Origin: Phoronis australis
Lineage: Eukaryota > Animalia > Phoronida
Length of the DNA: 47,545 nt
Reading direction: 5' to 3'
Assembly (NCBI GenBank): GCA_002633005.1
Contig: NMRA01000220.1
Span: 178,127-225,671 of the forward strand
A program made the position numbers and the translations under genes. Every line of letters starts with the position of its first letter. Positions within the stretch are counted from its first letter, which is position 1. Positions 35,900-44,706 of this stretch are shown one piece after another. Below the pieces are notes generated by a model. It was not told where the DNA came from. It was given only the letters and a program-made list of their open reading frames with translations, and ran no database searches.

Positions 35900-37462
35900 T
35901 TTCAGCTTACAACACACTAAACAATCCCTAAATCCAACGTAGTTGAGTTCTCTACTAACCTATCTTGCCGCAGAATACTCGCCGATGGAAAGTGGTTGCG
36001 ACAATTGTTGAAAAACAGCACAAAACAAAAGTAGAATAGAACAGATTCGCACGGTAAAGTCAACGCCAAGTGGCGGGAAATGCTTGCCTCCTAAAACGTC
36101 ACTTCCGGAGTAGCGGACGAGTAATTTATAAAATTACGAAAAGATGTAATTAAATGGAAAATATGTCTAGGATAACCAACCAACCTTATTTTAGCTCAAA
36201 ATGACATGGAAAAATGTTGCCTTCGCCTTTAAGTGTCATATCATCGTAGATTGATTCCACGGAGGATTTTACAACTGCTTGTCCGTCTCTGACAACTGTG
36301 AAACATAACACAAAAGTGCCGATTGAGGACTCACACATGAGGACACACAGGACGCAAGAACTGTTTTTTTAGTTCTGATAGTCGGACACTATCGTGTGTT
36401 TACGACCGTCGAAAATTCAAATGGAATGCAAATGACCAAATTATTAAAACGTGTAATGAATTTATTTTGAAATTATTAAGGCCACGAGCATTCTTTTGTT
36501 CGTCTTTTGTAATTAAAAACAAACACTAAGACCGCTGTTCGGAACTTTCAGAATGTAGCACCTCCGTCAGACATAACATTTTTGACGTTGTTGTGACGTA
36601 TATGATAAGCAATCCTTTCAGATTTTGTTGTTATTTGCTGACCAACGATGAACAAACTGAGTCCTGTACGAGACTCGTCAATGCACATCATTAAACGAGT
36701 TTTCATCTTCCCGTTACGTATTATTCCCTTGTACCGTTAATTCCCAACATCACGATCTCATCTAGTTTCACGTTGGATTCATCTTAACAAACTAGCCTAT
36801 TGTGTTGATACACAATGCTGTGGTAGTAAGGAGTGTAGTACACACTCCTTGGTGGTAGTAAGCAAGTCACAGCTTACAATCACACAAAGGAATCAGCAAA
36901 TGAAAGTTAAGTCTAATGTCTCTGAAAGTAAATCGTTTCGAAGTTTTTGGTGATAGTATTTCATACAAAAACACCTTCTTCACTTTATTTGTTGAACGTC
37001 GTTTGCAGTAGCCTCAGGCGAGCTGTTTACAACATAATTGCTGGATTACATGAGCTTATCAAATGAGCCCAAACAATGAGAGAGATGGACTACACAAAAA
37101 TTGGTTTTCCAATGTTTTTCTTCTTGCTATCGCTGTCAAACTGATAACGACACGGCTATATCCCGACTAGCCAATCATTGAAATCGGGATACTCGTCCCA
37201 CAGCGCGGGTGCGTAACACGAGGATCGCATGCCGCAAGCCGCCGCATGCAGATGCCTTTAATAGTTTGTACTCGCGAGCTTATAAATAGTAATAGGGAGA
37301 GAGGGAGGGAGGGTAGTGTATCGGGAAATGGCTATTGGAAACGTGAACCAAAAATATCTATTCGAAATGGCCAAGCAACCTGATTTTCGACAGTGCGGAG
37401 AAAAGTCGTAGGTTTTCGGATTGTGATTTATTTTATAACCCTATGATGGCTCTTTGTTTCAG

Positions 37463-37602
37463 CAACTGAAGGTTCAAAGATGGAGGTACAGCTAATAAAA
37501 TATCTGATGAACGGCTATGAAATCAGTGCAAGACCCGTGGAAGAATTCAGTGATGTAGTGAACGTCACGATGGATGTCGCACTGAATCAGATATTTGACC
37601 TA
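37463..37602 (+). CDS. nAChR exon (140 nt): TEGSKMEVQLIKYLMNGYEISARPVEEFSDVVNVTMDVALNQIFDL
   Basis: Acceptor ttgtttcag, donor gtaagt. N-terminal helix, RPV motif and beta1 strand of nAChRs. Phase 1 start, phase 0 end. Confidence 0.93.
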
Positions 37603-37958
37603 GTAAGTTATAAAAAAGTCACGTTGTACGGCTATAGTCCTTGACAAACAGATGTCCAAAATGTCCTTTCCACGCACCGATAACGTAGAACGTTACGGTG
37701 TCTAACAACTTTCGTCAGTTTGGTACTCACTTCATTTGACTCGGTTGTAACTCGCAAAATTCAGTCGAATTCGTCGCAACGTCGACTTTGTACTACATGT
37801 AGGTCACCAAAGGAAATATGCAAGCATACATGTAGCACGTACTTTCACTCACGAGGATTGTGCGTTGCGCATTGTCTGCTTGGGCTCATGGGCGAATGTA
37901 TACAGAAGTTTGACATATTTCTGCTCCATTTACATACGTTGTTTGTCTTCTTTTGCAG

Positions 37959-38003
37959 GACGAAAAGAATCAGATTCTGAAATCTTTGATTTGGCTCAGA
38001 CTG
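37959..38003 (+). CDS. nAChR exon (45 nt): DEKNQILKSLIWLRL (loop D Trp)
   Basis: Acceptor cttcttttgcag, donor gtaggt. DEKNQ motif and the 45-nt length typical of this nAChR exon. Confidence 0.95.
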
Positions 38004-38642
38004 GTAGGTGCAAGGCATTTGCATAATGATAAAACGTCAAAACATTTTTAAATGTCTTAAAAGACTTATCAGACTGCTTTAAACGGTGGTAGGATTCACT
38101 AAAACATTGACTCATTATGTTTAGGCCTAATTCATTTAAATCAAGTTAAACATATCCACTCGCGATTGATGACTTAAAAATTCCAAAATCAACCAACTTA
38201 TATTTACCGTGTATGCGCGTATTTACGCACGTGTGCCAATATGTAAAACTGTGCCTACATCCGGAATTTTGTTAGTTTCCAAGCAACAACCCATGGAAAC
38301 AGCATTGGGCCTCCTAGTTTTGGTTCTTGGTATCTGTTTCAATGTAGAAAACGTTCTCAGAAACTTCGTGAAATTTGTCGTGCAACTTTTTATTAGCGAA
38401 ACGATGGCGACTGCATATTCGCAGGGGTCAAACCCGTGCTTTGCCTCCGGTGCAGATAGTTATTGGCGCCTGCAGATTTCTGGTGAAACGCATTCAGGAT
38501 CGAATTGATGATAACGATGAGAACATGGTGGGCTGTGGTATTCCGATGGATCGGGTAAATTATTGCAAATATGCATCAATATGTACCAAGTTATTGTATA
38601 TCTTCATAAACAAGGCACAGAGTGCCATATAGCTAACACTCA

Positions 38643-38810
38643 CAGGGGCGGATCCAGGGCTTAGAAGGGGGCAGGCTAGAGTATTACCCAGTATAACCCA
38701 GGAAATTGCCCGACAGATATTCGTACAGTACCCCCCGAACTGCTAAATGGAGTCTGGGAAAATTTTATGGGGGCCATGGCCCCCTTGGCTCCCCTCTAAA
38801 TCCGCCACTG
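38643..38810. mobile_element. CAGGGGCGGAT-type MITE in nAChR intron, 5-bp TSD
   Basis: CAGGGGCGGATCCAG...CTAAATCCGCCACTG termini. ACTCA repeated at 38638-38642 and 38811-38815. Confidence 0.8.
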
Positions 38811-39875
38811 ACTCATGGGAAGACACTTGTCCCTGTAAATCGGATTAATGATCCATCGCCTGCGATTGTCTTAATTTTATTTCAGCGAAACACCATAAAA
38901 GCTCGTTCGCTTGTTTTTGACTTTAATTTTCTGGGGCCACTGAAACTTAGCCGACATGTTTTGAAATCAAGGCCGCAACCGCTAATGTGCTTTTGAATTC
39001 CATTTGCCTACTGCTGCAATTATAAAGTTTGACGTCCACCAAGTCAAGCGACTCATGCTCATTAAATTCAGATCGTATGTTTTTATTAATGAGAAGATGT
39101 CGCTCACCAATTTTTAGGACAATTTCCGCTGTGGCCCACGAGCCTAGTTGGAAATAATGTAATACCGCGTTCATACGTGGACTTTACATTTGCAGGTCGT
39201 CTGTTCGGAAGGGAGATCCACTTCTTATAACGAGCCTTCATGAAGGCATCCGATCAACATCTATGGTTTGGCTAGTGATTACCTTAACATTAAAACACGG
39301 AATGTTAATATTTTGACCAATCACGTGCGATCGTGGGCGAACAGAGCCTATACACAAACGATTGAGGTCTGAATCTTACAGTATGAAGATAGGTTTGCCG
39401 TCTGATTTTGGGACAGGCGACAAAAAGACAGACCATACTTCTGACAAGCATTTTCGGACGTCCGATGTGCCCTCGGATCTAAAGCGTTAAACGGTCAACA
39501 AGCGCAAAATTTGTTATTTTGTGTCAGAGCCATACCATAGTTACATAGACAATTAAAAGTGAATCTCAAATATGACCACTAGAATGGGTTTTGATTTAGT
39601 TTGACTTTCTCATAGAATGGCTGCTAAATCGGCAACGGCACCCTTTCGTAGGAGAGTCTGTGATTGAAAGGCACACTTTCATTGGGAAACTGGTCGTGAA
39701 AAAGTCACTCTTCTTAGCAGCACGTCCCGCATACCTCTTCTTTATGGGAGTACTCCCCTCAAGCAGTCATTCAAAGTGCAGTTGCTAAAGAGACACCTTT
39801 TGGAGAACTCTAAGACTACAGTATCATGGACACATTCGAGATTATTCACATATCCTTGCATTCTTTTGGGTACAG

Positions 39876-39985
39876 AATTGGAGAGACGAAACGTTGAAGT
39901 GGAACACTTCGGCTTACGAGGGTCTTGACTTAATCACGTTGCCGTCTTCCCGAGTATGGTTGCCAGACTTGGTTGTTTGGAACAC
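39876..39985 (+). CDS. nAChR alternative exon 4a (110 nt): NWRDETLKWNTSAYEGLDLITLPSSRVWLPDLVVWN(T)
   Basis: Acceptor ttttgggtacag, donor gtaagt. Open frame, phase 0 to 2, W.D..L.WN and WxPD loop-A motifs. Confidence 0.93.
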
Positions 39986-40032
39986 GTAAGTGTGACTTCC
40001 AGCTTTATGACTGGTCGAAGTTTTTGTTGCAG

Positions 40033-40142
40033 AATTGGATCGATTACGGTCTGAAATGGAATTCTTCAAAATACGAGGGATTGAAAGACATCACTATTGC
40101 ATCCACTAGAGTGTGGCGCCCAGACCTAACTTTGTGGAATAA
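40033..40142 (+). CDS. nAChR alternative exon 4b (110 nt): NWIDYGLKWNSSKYEGLKDITIASTRVWRPDLTLWN(N)
   Basis: Acceptor tttttgttgcag, donor gtaagt. Same length and phases as 4a, 23/37 identical residues, no stops. Confidence 0.93.
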
Positions 40143-41842
40143 GTAAGTCCGCGAAAATGCATCCGTCATCGGTCGACAGGATACATGCTTAAAGTTTTGA
40201 TCCAGAAGTACGGTAACAAGACGTAGAAGTAGCTTTAGCACCCTGTGTACAACCTTAAAGCCCTACCCTGTTCGTTGTACCTTCAATTCTATAGCAATAA
40301 CTGAAAACCAAAATGCTTTCCATTTATTGGTTGCTTTAGTGATCAACAATATAGCCATACACAATTAAGCAGCTATGCTTTAATGCAAGTGTATTAAAAG
40401 TACATTTCTGCTGTACTGGCACTCAACCTCATGAAATACAACTAGATTAAAAATAATAATTTCAAGGATGACAGATAACCGCACAGGATTCACCTAACGG
40501 GCACATTATGAAGCATTAAGTTTCGCGACCGAATTCCTGCGAAACACATAAGTTTAGCGTTTTTACAGACTCAGGAGGCACAGAACTGTTCTCATTGGGG
40601 TCTGCCTAGCATACGTCAATGAACTTTTCACCTTTTTTTCACTCTAAAAAATGAAAAATTTTGCTTTATTTCACAAAAAACCTTACAGATGAGCACCGAA
40701 ACTTTATTTTGGGTAGTTGCATATTTGAACTTTCACGCCTACTGAAAAGCAAGGTAGGAGCAAAAACCACAAAACTGGAACTTTTCACCTCAAAACCACC
40801 TGCCGATGTGTGACTTACAAGCTCCAAAAATATGGTCCAATTCTGGGTTGTTTGAAGGTTACCTGAAATCGCAGCAGATTTCTCAATCACTACGCAGAAA
40901 TACAACTAGACTGTAGTGGACTGCCATCTTGAAGAATAGTGGATCTACAGCCGAGCAAGTGCAAAGTCTACCCCAAGAGCCTCAAATCTGACCAAATCCT
41001 AGAATTTATTTTTTGGCACTGTAAATTGGCCGCAGCTGCAGCCTCACTGTTTATTGCAAATTCAGCTCTGTTTCATGTGGCGTCCGGGAGACGCAAATAT
41101 AGCATATTTTAAAAACACGTGCACCGACCTCAGCCACGTGATTCACGTTTTTGTGAATTTGAACTTTGAAACTTGAATACGATACAGCTGCAGTTTTTCA
41201 TTGAGCTGTCTTGGGATGATTACTAAAGAAAGCAAGCACGTTTAGCTAAAGATGTTGTAGCGTCGATTCTTGAGATTGGGATCATATTAATTTTCTGTAT
41301 ATTATGGATTTCTCCACCTCCAAAAATACTGAATTAAACCATAGACAGCAGATGCACAACTCCAACATTTTCTTGCGTAGTATCCTAGAGGAAGCGCCAC
41401 TCTCTTAAATTACTAATTTCCCGTTAGTGTATTGTGACGGAAAATCGTCGCATCTATTTTACTGTCCAGTACAACGATAAAAATAATTTCGGCATTGAAA
41501 CGCTGTTTAAAGTCTTTCAATAATAGAATTGTTGGTATCGTGAATTTTTTTAGCACCAGACCACACAGCAGCCGACCAGGATTAGCAGACGACATACTTG
41601 CCGGAAGTAAACTTGCTAATTTTGCCAGGTGTCGCTAGTGAATAATGACGTCTGGGCTTCTTCGTAAGATCACAGATTTGGTCCACTGAAAATATACGGA
41701 GTTGGCGGACCTTGTACTCATAGTCTATGATTAAACAGACGCACAAATGTTCACGCGTTTATTAGCAATGACAAGCGTATAACGCTTGTGTGCGTTTGAA
41801 AAAAAATTCCACTGAATATTGAAGATGATACGTTTACTCTAG

Positions 41843-41978
41843 CGCTGCGGATACGTTCGCTCTTGGCCAAGACACACAAGTAAAGATCAAAAGCGACGGC
41901 TCCGTTACTTGGAACACGCCTGCCACGATAGAGAGCACATGTGCGGTTGATGTCAAGTACTTTCCATTTGATGAACAG
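41843..41978 (+). CDS. nAChR exon (136 nt): AADTFALGQDTQVKIKSDGSVTWNTPATIESTCAVDVKYFPFDEQ
   Basis: Acceptor tttactctag, donor gtaagg. Phase 2 start matches both 4a and 4b. Loop E and most of the Cys-loop (YFPFD). Confidence 0.95.
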
Positions 41979-43597
41979 GTAAGGCTGCGTTCCGTATCTA
42001 GAGACCATTTCTTGTGAGAAAAGGGCAACCATGCAAGTATGTACGATGGCAAAAGATTTTTCTCGCATTATACCTTTCTTCGGGACTACACAGCCACTTT
42101 CCTTGCTCCTTTTCTCGGTTTATTTTGTGTGCTTGCAAGCAGAATACTCACAATATACAAAATGCTTAATGAGTCTCCGAATACGTATTCTAGGGTAATG
42201 CCAAAGTCCTATTTTTTATTCAATTCGACACGTTAATCATCGTATCCAATTAGTATCTGTTCAGCTCGTGAAAGTCGAAAATCCAGCCCAGATTTAATTT
42301 CTTGTTCAAATTTTCAAAAAATGAAAAGCAAAAATTATAGTTATAAATGCAATAAGCGCATTTTAGCATTGTCACTTGTGACGCGTTATACAGTGCCAAT
42401 CACCTGATTCACCGAAGATGAAGTTAAATCTAGGTCAGCTGCCGGAGTCGTGCCACCTTCGGGAGCCATTTCAGACAACGTTAGTATGATCTCGAAACTA
42501 CGTAGAAATTTTTGGAGGGACAATTTTTACCAATTTGAAGTTTTCGGGAACTCATGGCGTCTTTTCTCACGCTCGCGCTGGTGCGACCGAGAATTTCCAA
42601 GATTTCGGCATTTCTTGAGTTCAGTTCTGACTAGAGCAGCGACTCGAGTCTCGCATTGTGTCGGCTTACACGTGAGCTTCATCCAGTCTGACACAAAACA
42701 TACAGAGTTTGATATTTCCGTGGCCTAGTAATGAAAAAATGCGCAATCTTTCCAAGCGATACTAAAGACAATTGATTCTCTCGTCGTAGCAGGTGGGTTC
42801 TTTACTGACATTTTGATCTCAACTCCCAATGACAGAGTTTTCAAATCGAGGCTAATTCCAGTTTTCAACCTTGTCCATTGCGAAACGTTCCCGTGGTGGT
42901 TTTGTCCGGCATCAACTTGCAAGCCAACTGTCTATCACCGTCCAAAAAGGCGAGGAAGCCAAATGGAACTACTTATAACGGATAACATAGAACCGGAACC
43001 TAGCGCATATATTTTCGACATATTTCTTCGCGTAAAAATGTAATTTTAGCCAGTGTTTGATTGTGAACACGTAGCTAATCCGGTACATTGCTGGGCTCTA
43101 TACAAAAGAAACTTCAGCGTTTCCGATAAATATGTTTCTTGAAGACAGCGCTTCTTGTACAAATCTATTGCCCTAAAATGGCCCTAGTTTCAAATGTAAG
43201 AAACAATGGCCTTTGCATTGGGGGGGGGGGGGGGNGGGATTTTTGTACGGAATTTGACTGGACAGGTTGCGCGTGTTCATGCCAGCTTTTCAAAAAGTGC
43301 CGATTTTCATTGGAAAATAACAACTGTTTGTATCCAAATATTTTTTTAAACCCTTTTGTATTTGCCATAGTTTTAAAACAACTATATTTCTGATTGGGGT
43401 ACACGAAGCCTTAAGCTTTTGGTTCAAGTGTTTAGATAAGGATCACTATTTTAACTTTGTGGCCTATCAACTTCAATATTCGTAGCAACGGCCAACTGAC
43501 CTTTCCATCAACTACGTCTCACGTGTTATTACGTCTTCGAATACACATAGTTATTGAGATTGAAAAAAATATTGTATAATCACGACATTGAAGCTAC

Positions 43598-43642
43598 CAG
43601 CAGACGACAGCAGACGGAAGCAGACGACAGCAGACGACAGCA
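43598..43642 (+). repeat. 10-bp tandem repeat (cagcagacga x4.5)
   Basis: Read directly; about 60 nt upstream of the 43702 acceptor. Confidence 0.9.
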
Positions 43643-43701
43643 ACATTTAATAACAACGAGCGATTCATCATTCCAATCACTTTGATCATATTTCCTTTCA
43701 G

Positions 43702-43795
43702 ACTTGCATTCTCAAGTTCGGTTCGTGGTCATTACATGGCTTGCAACTCGATTTATTTTCAAAGAACGACACTGGTGACACGGCTTCGTTCGTTG
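43702..43795 (+). CDS. nAChR exon (94 nt): TCILKFGSWSLHGLQLDLFSKNDTGDTASFV(G)
   Basis: Acceptor tttcctttcag, donor gtaaga. Second Cys-loop cysteine and loop B (FGSW). Confidence 0.95.
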
Positions 43796-44569
43796 GTAAG
43801 AAAAGCTTTTCCTAAAGGGACAATGTGTGCTTTCGAGTATACATGTAGACAACTAAAATTTTGTAATGTATAGAGCGCGCAGCTTTAATTTCGTTTTCCG
43901 CCTGTTTTGAAGGGGTTTTGTATACTCACGTGACAGCCTTCAGTTTAGCAGCCATTTTGGGAAAAGATGAGAAGAACGGATCCAAAATTATAAAGCAAAA
44001 GCGAGAAATGGAAATCCCGGTGTCGCGAAAGTAACACCATCGGTTGATTTAATTACAATATATGATCATTAAATCTTGAAGTGAACATCAGCTTCTGTAA
44101 CAGTTATTTTTTGAGTCTTCAACTGAAAGTCACACTAAACGTTTTCAAGAGCTGGACTTGTTTTTCACATGGAGTTTAGTATTGTGATAGTAAATAAATG
44201 AAATTTTAAGGGTTTTGAGGGGCGAGACAACAGTAGCATTCAGTAATGCGGTCTTAGATCGCAAAATAAAAAATACCCCTCCTTTCATCACAACCCCCTT
44301 CCAGTCTTAAGGTTCGTCTTTCCAGTTGCAGTCCGTCATTCCCATTTTTTGTCAGTCCATCCCACCGGCAGTCCAAATTTCATATTGAATAATAAAATCT
44401 GTGCCTGGAGCATGTTTTGCTCGTCGTCCATATCATGATGTCTTTTCGATGAACAGCGGCAATTCAAAGGTAGAGTGGAGGTAACTGTGTCAGAAGAGAT
44501 AAAATGATCGATTTTGGCATTTTTGCCAATCATGTATCCCGTCTTCTTGCACGTAATTTTTGTTTTCAG

Positions 44570-44706
44570 GTAACGGTGAGTGGGAGTTAGTAAAGTTTCC
44601 GGTCAAGAAAAATGTGGTGTTCTACACATGTTGTCCGGAACCTTATCATGACTTGTCCTACGAAATAGTCATCAGGAGGAGGTCATTGTACTACGTGTTC
44701 AATTTG
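44570..44706 (+). CDS. nAChR exon (137 nt): [45 protein letters not shown]
   Basis: Acceptor tgttttcag, donor gtgagc. NGEW, loop C YxCC..PY.D and pre-TM1 RRR.LYY. Visible in ORF 44560..44751. Confidence 0.96.

Larger units (their letters stand above)
34537..36228 (+). mobile_element. Kolobok-type DNA transposon, internally deleted (1692 bp)
   Basis: TTAA on both sides (34533-34536, 36229-36232). 152-bp near-perfect TIRs (34537-34688, 36077-36228) beginning AGGCGAAGGCAAC. Convergent THAP-transposase and Cys-rich ORFs inside. Superfamily assigned from the TTAA target, AG..CT termini and two-gene layout. Confidence 0.9.
37463..44706 (+). other. Nicotinic acetylcholine receptor alpha subunit gene, partial span (extracellular domain to start of TM1; alpha9/alpha10-like by eye)
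   Basis: Seven GT-AG exons with compatible phases splice into a Cys-loop receptor ectodomain: RPV..VNVTMDVALNQIFDL|DEKNQILKSLIWLRL|NW.D..LKWN...WxPDL..WN|..TWNTPATIESTCAVDVKYFPFDEQ|TCILKFGSW..|[25 protein letters not shown]-x13-C Cys-loop and vicinal CC of loop C mark an alpha subunit. Orthology cannot be fixed without a tree. Confidence 0.96.

Noticed and set aside
43219-43238. Poly-G run as a G-quadruplex element
   Set aside because: A simple homopolymer containing an N; its length is unreliable and nothing else supports a function.
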